A stretch of DNA of 64,000 bases from a virus. Under the pieces are notes generated by a model, which saw nothing but the letters and a program-made list of their open reading frames with translations, had not been told where the DNA came from and made no database searches. This document shows, one piece after another, positions 28,488 to 38,982 of this stretch; within the stretch, counting starts at the first letter, position 1, and each line of letters starts with the position of its first letter. The stretch spans positions 52,445 to 116,444 of IMG/VR virus record IMGVR_UViG_3300044646_002092. One strand, 5' to 3'. The position numbers were made by a program, and so were the translations under genes.

Positions 28488-29543
28488 TTAAAATGCCACT
28501 TCGGCACATTCAACAGTAGCCACCCATCTAATCGTCGTTTCTGCTTGCCCTGTGGCGGTGATTGTTAATCCCCCATTAGTTGTGTTAGCAGTTGCAGCGA
28601 TTGCCCATCCTGAAGCCCCTGCATCCTGTCCTACTAGAGTCGTTGTGACTGTACCCACCAAGGCTGTAGAAGCTGCGTTTGCACCTCTTTTGATTACACC
28701 TTTAAGTTCCCATCCACTGGTATTTTCGCCACCTGTTACATTAGCGATTACCAATATATTGAATCGCATGGCGCTATTATTTTGGAGGAAAATTTGGTTG
28801 CCGCCGCCACTAGATAAAACAGTTGGAGTCGCTTCAGTAGTAGAAGCCCCAACAATAAATATATTGTATTGAGATTTACCTTGCCCTGGTTCAAAAATCC
28901 GCGCCCCCATTGCAACTTGATGGGCTATCCTAGCCAAAGCACGACGTCCAAGTGCGACAGAGGAAGTCGCAGAAGCTGAATTATCAGCCCCAGCCACAAA
29001 AACCCCAGCCCCAGAGGCAGTATTGACAACTCCAATTGCTGTCGACCAAGTCCCGCTTGCTATACAATCTTGTCCCGCCGCAAAAGAATGATTTCCACTT
29101 GCTGTATTATTCTGCCCCGCCGCAAAAGAATGATTTCCACTTGCTGTATTATTCTGCCCCGCCACAAAAGAATGATTTCCACTTGCTGTATTATTCTGCC
29201 CCGCCACAAAAGAATAATTTCCACTAGCAACCTGAGTCGCCGCAATCCTAATCCTCTGCAAATCAACAGCATATTGACCTCTAGCGTTGCCACCTGTAGC
29301 GGTGTTATCAGCGATTTGAGCTTGGATTGCACCAGTTCCAATAGGCGCAAGTATCAAATTCACATTGCCACTACTTGCCGCCGCGACAATTGGAACAATG
29401 ACGGAACCTGTAACAGATAGAGCGTCAGTAGTTTTGTTGTAAGTTAAGCCAGCGTCAGCGCCAAAAGCGCCGCCATCATTGAACTGTACTTGTGTATTAG
29501 TACCAGCTACATTTACAGGTAGTGTGTAAATAGTTCCACTCAT
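28488..29543 (-). CDS. Tail fibre with YadA/Hep-Hag-like 14-aa head repeats
   Basis: ASGNHSF(V/A)AGQNNT repeats; FNDGGAFGADAGLTY N-terminal fibre motif. Confidence 0.75.
   Translation of the reverse strand: MSGTIYTLPVNVAGTNTQVQFNDGGAFGADAGLTYNKTTDALSVTGSVIVPIVAAASSGNVNLILAPIGTGAIQAQIADNTATGGNARGQYAVDLQRIRIAATQVASGNYSFVAGQNNTASGNHSFVAGQNNTASGNHSFAAGQNNTASGNHSFAAGQDCIASGTWSTAIGVVNTASGAGVFVAGADNSASATSSVALGRRALARIAHQVAMGARIFEPGQGKSQYNIFIVGASTTEATPTVLSSGGGNQIFLQNNSAMRFNILVIANVTGGENTSGWELKGVIKRGANAASTALVGTVTTTLVGQDAGASGWAIAATANTTNGGLTITATGQAETTIRWVATVECAEVAF
29074..29225. repeat. 42-bp tandem repeat (~3.6 copies), coding
   Basis: Units start at 29074, 29116, 29158 and 29200 and are near-identical. 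Confidence 0.9.
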
Positions 29544-30274
29544 TACAAGTACCCCACACTAGAAGTTTGGTCAGCAGCATCACCTAATGTTAAAGTTGTT
29601 TCTGTTGTACTAAAAGCCCATGACACACCAGTATTACAAGCACGACCAGATGCACCCCAAAAAGCAATGTCAAGTAATAGTGCTGAATTGGGGGCTATTG
29701 GGAATGACTCAATCGGCACATCATTATTAACGGGGGCTGCTGCTTTATTGTGGATTTGAAAAAATCTTACAGATGTACTTTTGTTATAGCAATACAGCTT
29801 ATAAACTACACCTGCACCAGCCTTTAATACCGCTTGGTTAACTACACCGAGGTTTACAGGAGAATTGGTGAAAGCAGGTATCGTTTTAATATCAATACTA
29901 GATAGGGCTGTGTTTCCAGTAGTTTGTAAAGCACTTGTACTAGCGCCTGTTGGCAGAGAAACCGTACCGCTAATATTGGTTACATCCCAAGAACCTGATT
30001 GAGTTACAGCTTGTGGACTTGCAAATACTACAGAATTACCATTACTTGCAATTACTATTCGTTGGGTTTTTGCATCTACAACTCCAGCCCCATACTGAAT
30101 TGAACTATTTGAAGTTATATCCGAGGAACTCTCACCATCAGCACCAATACCTAATAGTCCGTTGATTGTGAGAAGTCTATTTATTTGATTTTGCTCAAGC
30201 TTAGAGCCACGCACAGAATCTAAATAAGACTCCAGACCAGCTTTTTCTGCTTGTAATTTATCTGTAAGCGCCAT
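29543..30274 (-). CDS. Hypothetical virion protein
   Basis: KAGAGVVYKLYCYN...FFQIHNKA beta-sandwich C-terminus. Confidence 0.6.
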   Translation of the reverse strand: MALTDKLQAEKAGLESYLDSVRGSKLEQNQINRLLTINGLLGIGADGESSSDITSNSSIQYGAGVVDAKTQRIVIASNGNSVVFASPQAVTQSGSWDVTNISGTVSLPTGASTSALQTTGNTALSSIDIKTIPAFTNSPVNLGVVNQAVLKAGAGVVYKLYCYNKSTSVRFFQIHNKAAAPVNNDVPIESFPIAPNSALLLDIAFWGASGRACNTGVSWAFSTTETTLTLGDAADQTSSVGYL

Positions 30275-30314
30275 TCGCCTATCACTTTTTTAATTTATAT
30301 ACTACAATACTATC

Positions 30315-31760
30315 ATGGCAATTAAAATAGGCTATTCAATTTCTGACGTTTCGGCAATCAAGGCTCTTCCAACAGCTTTGCTTCTGAATGGCTATGCACG
30401 ACTGTGTAGGTCAGTAAATGCTTGGTTCAGCTATAATTCCACCTCTACGGCTACTGCTGATGATGTATCGATACTTTTACCAGCTTCAGGTACAGGACGA
30501 TGGCTGAAGCTTAAAGCCGATGTAGCGGCAACCGATGTACTTAATTTCAACGAGTCGGTAGACGACCGAGTTGCTTCTCTTATACAAAATAGTTCAACAA
30601 TCAGTGCTAGTTATAATGACGCAGCCAATACACTTACTTTTTCTGTTGTTAACGCTAGTATCGGAGATGCACAGGTTAGCAGTCTTAGCCAAGCAAAAAT
30701 AACCAATTTAACAAGCGACCTAGCAAGTAAACTTTCAGCAAATCAAAATATCACTATATCTGGTGACGCAACGGGGAGTGGGGCAACAAGTATTACGCTA
30801 ACGCTTGCTAATTCAGGGGTGACGGCAGGGAGCTATACAAATGCAAATATAGTTGTCGATAGTAAAGGGAGAGTGACAAGTGCGGCTAACGGCACTGAAG
30901 GTGGAGGTACGGGGTCAGTATTTACTACATCCACAAATGGTTTAGTACCTGCGTCTGGCACTAATACTACAAAATTTCTTAAAGGTGACGGTACTTGGGA
31001 TAATCAAGCGGCTGGAGTTATAGTTGGCGACCCGTACTGGAGTAATGTTACTTTATTATGTCCTTTTGAAGTAGATTTAAAAAATGTAATAACAAATACA
31101 TTACCAACAACAGGAGGTACTCCACCAACTTGCCCAAATGGGGATAATCAAAAACCTTTAGGGGCTACTAATTCTGCGAAATGGACTAGCTCTGTGGATT
31201 CAAGCGTTAGGTTTCCTGCTAATTTTAACTTTGGAAGTGCTACGGTTGCTACATTTGAAACATATGTTTATATAACAGGATACATATCTGGTTATTTAGA
31301 CATCCTTACTGGCGGAACTGCAATAGGTGGCTCTCCTGAATGTTTTTATTTTAGATTTGAAGAGGCAACTAATAATTTTCAGGTAGTTTTATTTAATACG
31401 TCAAACATTTTTTTTGTAGGGACTATTCCAATAAATCTATCTACAAGTGGAAGATTTAATCAGTGGTTACATATAGCGATAACTAAAAATGGCAACACAT
31501 ATAATTTGTATATAAATGGAATATATATTGGAACTACAACTATAAGTACAAGTGGAACTATTAGAACAGCTTTATTTTACAATATACTAGGACTTGGTTC
31601 CTCTCCTATTGGGTATTGTTCATACTTTAGAATTACAGAAGGTATAGCTAGATATTCTGGTACATCAAGTTTTACAATTCCTACACTACCTTATAAACGA
31701 GCCGATGTTATAGTAGGTAGTAGCAACTCAGGACTTTACGAATTTTTCAACTTAATATAA
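30315..31760 (+). CDS. Tail fibre with N-terminal adaptor, gp53-like repeats and C-terminal LamG
   Basis: ATADDVSILLPASGTGRW; SGVTAGSYTNANIVVDSKGRVTSA; DPYWSNVTLL...WLHIAITKNG...FRITEGIARY. Confidence 0.75.
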   Translation: MAIKIGYSISDVSAIKALPTALLLNGYARLCRSVNAWFSYNSTSTATADDVSILLPASGTGRWLKLKADVAATDVLNFNESVDDRVASLIQNSSTISASYNDAANTLTFSVVNASIGDAQVSSLSQAKITNLTSDLASKLSANQNITISGDATGSGATSITLTLANSGVTAGSYTNANIVVDSKGRVTSAANGTEGGGTGSVFTTSTNGLVPASGTNTTKFLKGDGTWDNQAAGVIVGDPYWSNVTLLCPFEVDLKNVITNTLPTTGGTPPTCPNGDNQKPLGATNSAKWTSSVDSSVRFPANFNFGSATVATFETYVYITGYISGYLDILTGGTAIGGSPECFYFRFEEATNNFQVVLFNTSNIFFVGTIPINLSTSGRFNQWLHIAITKNGNTYNLYINGIYIGTTTISTSGTIRTALFYNILGLGSSPIGYCSYFRITEGIARYSGTSSFTIPTLPYKRADVIVGSSNSGLYEFFNLI

Positions 31761-31766
31761 ACAAAA

Positions 31767-32147
31767 ATGGCAGCATCACCAGCATATACAGCTACCCCAA
31801 GGACAGAAAGAGCTACAATATCTGTGGCTAATACTAATCGTGATGGTACAGGTACAATTGTCAATCTTTTTACTGCTGGGGCTGGGGGTAGTAGAGTAGA
31901 AAGAATTACAATTTGTGCTACTGGAACAACTACTGCGGGAATGATTCGTTTTTTCTTATATGATGGTACAAATTTTGATTTGTGGAGAGAAGTATCTGTA
32001 ACTGCAATTACACCAAGTGGAACAGTTATAGCTTATTATTTTCAAATATCTAATTTAGCGTTTATCCTTAGTTCTGGTAAAAGTTTAAGAGTAGCAACTA
32101 ATAATGCTGAAACATTTAAAATAATAGCAGAAGGGGGTGATTTTTAA
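31767..32147 (+). CDS. Conserved small virion protein
   Basis: ANTNRDGTGTIV.LFTAGA.GSRVERI motif frequent beside fibre genes. Confidence 0.65.
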   Translation: MAASPAYTATPRTERATISVANTNRDGTGTIVNLFTAGAGGSRVERITICATGTTTAGMIRFFLYDGTNFDLWREVSVTAITPSGTVIAYYFQISNLAFILSSGKSLRVATNNAETFKIIAEGGDF

Positions 32148-32908
32148 TGAATTTTGGTACTTACGGATTTCCTAAAGGATTAGGTATAAATTCTGGTTTT
32201 TTTGGTTTACCATCTAGCTATAATATTTGGAATCCTTCAGTAATTTCTCCTGTGTTATGGTTTGATAGTTCGGATATATCTTCTATAACGCAATCTTCAA
32301 ATTTAATTACATCTTGGTCAAGTAAAGGTATAGTTTCTGTCAATGCAATTGCTACAGGAGGTCAATCTCCTTCTTATAATGTGTATCAGACAAATAGTAA
32401 AAATTTAGTTAGTTGTAGAGGTGTAGGGGTTGGTATGCAAACAGGATATACATTATCAACTCCTTATTCTATAATTCTAGTAAGTAGAAATTATTCTATA
32501 GGTAGAGTAATTCAAAGCGGAACAATAAACGCTTTAATGTGTCCTTCTGCAAGAAGTAATTCTTTCTTTGTTTCTAGTAATGTAAGAGATGCTTCATTAA
32601 CTACAGCAGGAACATTTTCTATTATAACAATGAAAATTTTGGGGGCTACGGCTTCAGAACTTTGGTATAATTCTGTTAATTATGCAAATGGTACTACTCA
32701 TGGTAATTGGGGTACATTTAATATTGGTAACTTAGGATTTATTTCGAGTGAAGATTCTCAATCAGATATTGCTGAAATTATTGTATTAAACTATTCAATT
32801 TCGACTTATGATAGAGAAAAACTAGAGGGATATTTAGCTTGGAAATGGGGGCTTATTGGAGATTTACCTACTAATCATCCTTATAAGTATTCACAACCAA
32901 CAACATAA
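32147..32908 (+). CDS. LamG-like virion protein
   Basis: LWFDSSD...DIAEII......DREKLEGYLAWKWGL...LP.NHPYK signature. Confidence 0.7.
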   Translation: MNFGTYGFPKGLGINSGFFGLPSSYNIWNPSVISPVLWFDSSDISSITQSSNLITSWSSKGIVSVNAIATGGQSPSYNVYQTNSKNLVSCRGVGVGMQTGYTLSTPYSIILVSRNYSIGRVIQSGTINALMCPSARSNSFFVSSNVRDASLTTAGTFSIITMKILGATASELWYNSVNYANGTTHGNWGTFNIGNLGFISSEDSQSDIAEIIVLNYSISTYDREKLEGYLAWKWGLIGDLPTNHPYKYSQPTT

Positions 32909-32910
32909 AA

Positions 32911-35610
32911 ATGACACTAATTAGACCATCAACAATATATTATTATCGAACTAAAGCAGTAAATTTGAATGGAGAATCCCCATACTCAAATATAGTTTCA
33001 GTAACAACTCCTGCGTCCTCACTTGGCATTGGCGTTACTCCTCCTTCCCCATCTCAGCCCTTAATCATAACGGTAGAAAAGAATAGCAACTCTATCAGGG
33101 TAGAATTGCAAAAAGCTGCTCCTAACGAGTACCTAAAAGAGTTAAAACTTGATGTATCGGTAAACGCTGACTTCAGCGCACCACTTTACTCTAATCTAAC
33201 GTTTTTACTAACGCAAAATATTGCGGCGACAGAAAAAGAAACTCTGGCGCTTACTATTGGCGGCTTAGCGGCAAATACGCTTTATTACTACCGCTTGCGT
33301 TTCTCAAATGCAACTGGACTTTCGGCGTGGACTTCAGCTTCACTCTCTACTACACCAAATTTCCCTATTCCAGACCTCCTCGGCACAACCAATCTCACAG
33401 CTATTGCAGCTCGACTAAACTGGGGCAAAGTGACTGGCGCAACTACATATTTTGTAGATTTATCTACAAACATTGGCTTCACTTCATTAATCCTTAATAA
33501 TGTCAATGCAGGAGATGTCAGTTTTCGAGATGTAGGGTCACTTACGGCTGAAAATCAATATTACTATCGTGTAAGGGCTTCGGATGGCACAACTACCTCG
33601 GCTAGCAGCGATGTAGTGACTTTTACGACACTTCGAGATGTAGAAACTTATGATGAGCAATTTCAGAATCTCGCAACACCGACAATCAGCAACATAACAG
33701 ATATTTACCTCACTTATTTTTCTGTATACTGGGGCAAAGTGGCTTTAGCGGATAGTTATAATGCTCAAATTTCAACTACATCTGACTTTAGCTCGATTAC
33801 TCAAACCGTAAGTACCAAAAATAACTTTGTCAATTTCACAGGTCTAACGGCTGCAACAATCTACTATGTTCGAGTACGGGCAATCTCTGTTTGGCAAACT
33901 ACTACGTATTCAGCCACACAAGTCGTCACAACGCTTTCCCTAAATACTTCATTAAATCCACCACAACTTCTTACACCAACTACAATAACCTCGAAGAGCA
34001 TTTTGTTCCAATGGGTTCTACGCAGCTATGCCACTCGTTATTTGTTTGAGCTAAGCACTTCATCAGTTTTTGCTTCTAGTGCTTACTCGACTATTGTAGG
34101 TAATGTTGGGTCTTTGCTACTAAATGAAGGTATTAGCCCCGCAACAACCTATTATTCACGTATTAGAGCGCTCAATTCTAGTCAGTCCTCAGATTACTCC
34201 AACTCTGTCACTACAACGACCTCAGCAGCCCTTACAAGCATAACTGGAGTCACTACAACTAGTATTACCGATACTTCGGCAGTTATTGGCTGGACTTTGA
34301 ATGGTAGCTACACCGATTATTTGCTTTCAGTGTGGAAAACAGAGTCAAATGCTTATTTAGGAGTCAACTTCTATCGTAATAAGAGCCTTGGGAACACTAA
34401 CACGCACACAATTGACCTATTCTTAGAGCCAAACACCAATTACAGCTACACAATCGCTGGAAAAACAGCTTCTGGGGATACTTTAACGACTCCCGTACAG
34501 ACTTTCTCGACCAAAGCGGCTGCACCAATACTTCAACTAGCTAAAAATCTGCTCACTTGGACTTACAATCTCGACAATCTCGAAGTTAGCACTGATTCTG
34601 ATTTCAAATTCTTGCTTAAGGGGTATCCAAGAAGCGTAGCGAACAATGGCAGCTTCAATGCAGAGAATTTGCTTGACTCTAGTACCAATTACTATATTCG
34701 CGGCAACTTTGAGGGGGGCATCTACTCCAATATAGTCAGTACATCAGCTTTGGCGGTTTACAAAGGCATTATTGGAAAGACTTCCTTTTCTGCCTTCTGG
34801 AAACGTAATGCTGGAGCTACTTCATACAGTGTTCAACTAAAAGTGCTAGATACTGGCAATTATGTGCCTGTAAGTGGTTTCACGTTCCCTAAAAATGTTG
34901 GTGACGTTAGCAGCTACACATTTGAATCTCTTTCTGCCGACACACAATATCAGGTAATTATATATGACTCAAGCTCAAACGTTTCTATCCCGTATTTATT
35001 CAAAACTAATCTGTTTAGCGATACAGAGGAACCTACTACTGCATCTCTTACGATTCCTACAGTAACTCTTGACGGAAGTGCTGATTTTGACCGAGCTAGT
35101 GTAGTGCTAAGTGGTTATTCCAAGTATCTGCTCAATTTGGCGCGAGATAGTGCATTTACGCTCGATAATACTTATTTTGAGAGCAGTTCCAATAATATTG
35201 AGCTTCTGCTTAAGCCTAATCGCACATATTACCTACGTGCTTACGGGTATAACGGAGATGACCGCAGTACTGACCCTTCAACTACCCTTACAATCAATAC
35301 ACCCATTGAACCATATACTGAGCTTACTATCTCTTCAGCGCCAAGCATTACTAATATCAATATACTTGATGAGTCACAAGTCGAACTAACTTTTTCGCAA
35401 GTAGTTAACGCAACTGACTACACGCTTGAGATTAGTAGAGCAAATACCTTTACAATTCTTGAGGAGCTGAGTGTTACAAGGTCTGCTGATAACAAATTCT
35501 TAATCTTCGGATTGAGTGGAACGACTGTATATTACGCTAGACTGTATGCTTTCAATAGCACCAAAATCTCTGCTTACTCATCTACAACTACGGTGGACAC
35601 AACCCCATAA
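32911..35610 (+). CDS. Multi-fibronectin type III (FN3) virion protein
   Basis: Repeated L.P.T.YYYR.RA.N..G.S.YS units. Confidence 0.85.
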   Translation: MTLIRPSTIYYYRTKAVNLNGESPYSNIVSVTTPASSLGIGVTPPSPSQPLIITVEKNSNSIRVELQKAAPNEYLKELKLDVSVNADFSAPLYSNLTFLLTQNIAATEKETLALTIGGLAANTLYYYRLRFSNATGLSAWTSASLSTTPNFPIPDLLGTTNLTAIAARLNWGKVTGATTYFVDLSTNIGFTSLILNNVNAGDVSFRDVGSLTAENQYYYRVRASDGTTTSASSDVVTFTTLRDVETYDEQFQNLATPTISNITDIYLTYFSVYWGKVALADSYNAQISTTSDFSSITQTVSTKNNFVNFTGLTAATIYYVRVRAISVWQTTTYSATQVVTTLSLNTSLNPPQLLTPTTITSKSILFQWVLRSYATRYLFELSTSSVFASSAYSTIVGNVGSLLLNEGISPATTYYSRIRALNSSQSSDYSNSVTTTTSAALTSITGVTTTSITDTSAVIGWTLNGSYTDYLLSVWKTESNAYLGVNFYRNKSLGNTNTHTIDLFLEPNTNYSYTIAGKTASGDTLTTPVQTFSTKAAAPILQLAKNLLTWTYNLDNLEVSTDSDFKFLLKGYPRSVANNGSFNAENLLDSSTNYYIRGNFEGGIYSNIVSTSALAVYKGIIGKTSFSAFWKRNAGATSYSVQLKVLDTGNYVPVSGFTFPKNVGDVSSYTFESLSADTQYQVIIYDSSSNVSIPYLFKTNLFSDTEEPTTASLTIPTVTLDGSADFDRASVVLSGYSKYLLNLARDSAFTLDNTYFESSSNNIELLLKPNRTYYLRAYGYNGDDRSTDPSTTLTINTPIEPYTELTISSAPSITNINILDESQVELTFSQVVNATDYTLEISRANTFTILEELSVTRSADNKFLIFGLSGTTVYYARLYAFNSTKISAYSSTTTVDTTP

Positions 35611-35614
35611 AGAT

Positions 35615-36292
35615 ATGATGAAAAACTTCGCTAATTTCAATCTTAGACCTGAAAAAATAAATCTTTACGATAGCAACATAAAAAAAGTTGACTATGTTCC
35701 GTCAATGGGGCAAGTTATCATACGAAATTATCCTGAAGATGCTTTAGACCAAAAAAACGCTAGAGAGGAATTTCATAATGCAAAGAAAGCTGAAAAAACT
35801 AGAGTAGTACCTCAAGTTGGTAAAGATGTGGTAAAACAATCTGACGGAGCAGTGGCATATACTCAAAAATATGGTGGGCGAATGTTGGAAGATTATATTG
35901 ATGATATGTCCCCTAAGCAGAAGTATAAACTTGGTAATCAATTAGGGCGAAGCCAAAGCCGACTAGTTGAACAAGCAAATCTCTATCATGACGATATATT
36001 CGAGAGAAATGTCACTATACCTAATCCTAAGAAGAGCAAAGCTTATCTCATAGATAATGCTTCACTTCAAAAGGTTACGCCAGACAACATAAAATACGCC
36101 AGAAAAGTAATTGGACTACCTGATATTGTAAGTAAAGGATTCACTAAAGGTATACGATTTAACAGTATGAAACACTTCGCTAACTTTGCAAATATTTATC
36201 AGACTGGACTGCAAAATCTGATTAGTCCTGTGGTAGAAAAAGAAGCTAAGAAATACGTCAGAAAAAAGAAAGAAGAGCAGAAAGAGGAATAA
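35615..36292 (+). CDS. Protein-kinase-like (Bud32/RIO/APH-type) protein flanked by FANF motifs
   Basis: alphaC-like REEFHNA, hinge YTQKYGGRML, catalytic loop HDDIFERN (HxDxxxxN), YLIDNA at the DFG position; MKNFANF at the N-terminus and MKHFANF at 36167. Confidence 0.65.
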   Translation: MMKNFANFNLRPEKINLYDSNIKKVDYVPSMGQVIIRNYPEDALDQKNAREEFHNAKKAEKTRVVPQVGKDVVKQSDGAVAYTQKYGGRMLEDYIDDMSPKQKYKLGNQLGRSQSRLVEQANLYHDDIFERNVTIPNPKKSKAYLIDNASLQKVTPDNIKYARKVIGLPDIVSKGFTKGIRFNSMKHFANFANIYQTGLQNLISPVVEKEAKKYVRKKKEEQKEE

Positions 36293-36440
36293 TAGGGCGC
36301 ACACCAGTTTCAGCATAATTTAGAGGCTTGGTGTGCTGTTTCGCTCCGAAGTTTGAGGACTGTTAGTAGCCTTTCGGAGCCTGTTAGCTGGAGGCGAATG
36401 ATGTCTTTTGCGAAGTGACTTTTTCAATATAGCACAACTA

Positions 36441-37970
36441 CTAGGCTTGAGGCGCTCCCTCTTGAGGAGGATATTGCTCAGCTTGTCCTTCAGGTGGCGG
36501 CATAGGGGCAGACATCTGATTTATTTGAGCTTGAAGTGCAAGAACTTCACTTTGTTTTTGCAACTCTTTTTGTATCTCAGCTTTGAGTGCATCTTCTTGC
36601 TTCTTGGCTTTTTCTTCTTCGTCGAGCGAAGGTAGTCCAAGATTCTTACGGATGAGGCTAAGTACCTCAACATCATCAGCAGGAATAATGCCAGATGCAA
36701 TGAGTGAAGTGATGGTGCTGAGACGACCGTTGACTGTTGCTTGGTCTTCTTCCACATCAAAAACAAATTCTCCCCAATCTTCGCTGAACCAGCTTGAAGG
36801 AAAGTTGTCATGTAGCAAGCCACGAATCATCTTGTGAATAATTTCGTGCTTGAGTGTAGTTGTTAGCGCAAAAATAGTTGAGTCAAAGGTCATTTTGAAA
36901 TTCTGACCAAAACCATTGTTGCCTAGATTTGTCGTGCCTGAACCGCTATTAACGTCGAAGATGCCTGAAGGTATTGCGAAGCTCGATTGAATGCCTCTAT
37001 CGATGTATTCTAGAGCTTTGAAGTGATTTTCGCTAGTATTTTGTATTTGGATGCGAGTAAGTTCAACGTCGTTATCAGTGACAATGAATCCGCGTTTTTG
37101 AATGTCTTTTAGTTGGTGCGAAAGAGCCGCTTGTTTTGTTAATTGAAGTGGTTTACCCTTGCTGTCTTTTTTGACGTTACCTTGGGTGTCAACCATTGTG
37201 GTCGTGCCGTTGTTGGGTGTTTTTGCCCAGAGTAGACCTTCGCTGTCGTTTTTGATGCGGAGAGCTAGGTGCGTGAGTACTACACGTTTTAGGCGATAAT
37301 ATGGCAGCGCTGATATACCGTCCCCAATACCCCAAACACTTGAAGCGTCGAATGCTGAGCCGCTATTGTTAATTATGTGTATACATTTCTGATATGGAAT
37401 TTTTACTTCCTTTCCATCTCCGTTTCGATACAAAATCCATTCAATCTTGCCCGATTGAGTTGATGACTTCCCAAAAGAAACTATTTGGTCAGGATTCAGG
37501 ACGTTGATATTACCTATTCTCCATTGCCCCCTGTACCCTCGCAGCTTTGATGATTTTGTAAATTCCGCAACTCCAACGCCATGTAGGATAACTGAGGAAA
37601 GTAACTTAAATATAATTTGCTTGAAACTTTTGGGGAGCGTTTTTAAATTACTATTTACAAAAGCCTCTATTTCTTTCTTAGGATGTGAATATTCTCCGAA
37701 ACTTTGGGTTGCCCTAAGTGCTTTAAATGATAAGCATTGGCTTGCTATGGGGTCACGGCTCGCCATGAGCGACATTTCGCGAATTGGAGGACGCTCGGTT
37801 TCTGTAGGATGGTTAATTGCTTGTAGTGCTAATCCTGTGAGCGACGCAATTTCTGTGGAGTATTGTCCTTGTTGAAGTGCTGCCATTGGCGTAGGGGTTC
37901 CAGCAAACAGCAAAGAATCGTCTAGGTCTTCTAATAGGTTTAACTGAGTTGCTTCCTCGAACATTGGCAT
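36441..37970 (-). CDS. Phage portal protein (DUF935/Mu gp29-like)
   Basis: 509 aa; M..RDP....CL..KAL, GV.V.E, WG.G....ALPYY.LKR, ID..I...F.IP and a Q/P-rich tail fit a portal architecture. Confidence 0.65.
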   Translation of the reverse strand: MPMFEEATQLNLLEDLDDSLLFAGTPTPMAALQQGQYSTEIASLTGLALQAINHPTETERPPIREMSLMASRDPIASQCLSFKALRATQSFGEYSHPKKEIEAFVNSNLKTLPKSFKQIIFKLLSSVILHGVGVAEFTKSSKLRGYRGQWRIGNINVLNPDQIVSFGKSSTQSGKIEWILYRNGDGKEVKIPYQKCIHIINNSGSAFDASSVWGIGDGISALPYYRLKRVVLTHLALRIKNDSEGLLWAKTPNNGTTTMVDTQGNVKKDSKGKPLQLTKQAALSHQLKDIQKRGFIVTDNDVELTRIQIQNTSENHFKALEYIDRGIQSSFAIPSGIFDVNSGSGTTNLGNNGFGQNFKMTFDSTIFALTTTLKHEIIHKMIRGLLHDNFPSSWFSEDWGEFVFDVEEDQATVNGRLSTITSLIASGIIPADDVEVLSLIRKNLGLPSLDEEEKAKKQEDALKAEIQKELQKQSEVLALQAQINQMSAPMPPPEGQAEQYPPQEGAPQA

Positions 37971-38003
37971 AGCTACACTGAAAATTTTTACTGATTAGCC
38001 CCA

Positions 38004-38924
38004 TTATACCGTACTAGATGCGTGATTGAGTTTCTCTTCTTCGGTAGCGTATCTGTAATTTACAAAATCAGGGCTGGAACTTTTTATTCTTTTGCCTAGG
38101 GTAGCCTTACTTATACCTTCTAATTTTACAGCTAATCTCATCGATTCGTAATAAACATTATTTACCAAAACAGGTATACTACTAGGAGTACCAGCACCAG
38201 TCAGTTTTGCACTTATTTTAGCTCTAGCCTCCATTGTCACATCTCTTCCCATAGTTGCAGCGCTAATTTTAGCTTTAGTTTCTTCAGATGTAACTTTACC
38301 TTTCTGAAAAGCACTCATTTTTGCTCTGCTCTCAGTAGTGTGTACTCTACCCTTATTTATAGAGGCTAAATACACTATTCTTTCTTTCATCTCATCTGTA
38401 AAGGGTCTATCTTTCGCTATTTCACTCATCTTTGCTTTTGTTTCTTCAGTATGTTTCCTACCCTTACCAGCCAAACTGATTTTTTCTCTTGTTTTTTCTG
38501 AGACAATTCTGCCAGTACTTGCAGCACGCAACTTAGATTTGGTTTCCTCGGTATGCTTCTTGCCAAGTCTAGTCTGCTGACCTTTTTTGGATGCCCTCAT
38601 TTTAGCTTTCATCTCTTCTGTAAGATTAACCCCACCCCTCCCGCCAAGACTTATATTGTAGGTGTCTTCACGTTTGACAAATTCTTGAGTTACCATTTCA
38701 GCTTCGGCTAAATAAGCATCAGTAGCACAACTAAATTCAGCCAGTGTAGTCCTAATAAATTTATCTTTACCATACTTCTTCACAGCCAACTGTAAAGCAT
38801 CCCCACTTCCGATATAACACTTAGACTTAGAAGTATTTGAAAGCTTATGCACCCCCACATAAATTTTGCCATTACAAACGTTCGTAGTTTTATATAAAAT
38901 CCAAATCTCTTTATTTGTTTCCAT
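38004..38924 (-). CDS. GIY-YIG homing endonuclease with NUMOD3 repeats (copy 1)
   Basis: ILYKTTN..NGKIYVGVH...YIGSG...AVKKYGK..F; HTEETKAKMS repeats. Confidence 0.9.
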   Translation of the reverse strand: METNKEIWILYKTTNVCNGKIYVGVHKLSNTSKSKCYIGSGDALQLAVKKYGKDKFIRTTLAEFSCATDAYLAEAEMVTQEFVKREDTYNISLGGRGGVNLTEEMKAKMRASKKGQQTRLGKKHTEETKSKLRAASTGRIVSEKTREKISLAGKGRKHTEETKAKMSEIAKDRPFTDEMKERIVYLASINKGRVHTTESRAKMSAFQKGKVTSEETKAKISAATMGRDVTMEARAKISAKLTGAGTPSSIPVLVNNVYYESMRLAVKLEGISKATLGKRIKSSSPDFVNYRYATEEEKLNHASSTV

Positions 38925-38982
38925 TGCAAATATGCCTTTCCTGAGTTATAATAGATACAGTATAGCACACTGTGAGTATAAA

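Noticed and set aside
29074-29225. 42-bp repeats as a CRISPR array
   Set aside because: The units are contiguous with no unique spacers and encode in-frame 14-aa fibre repeats.
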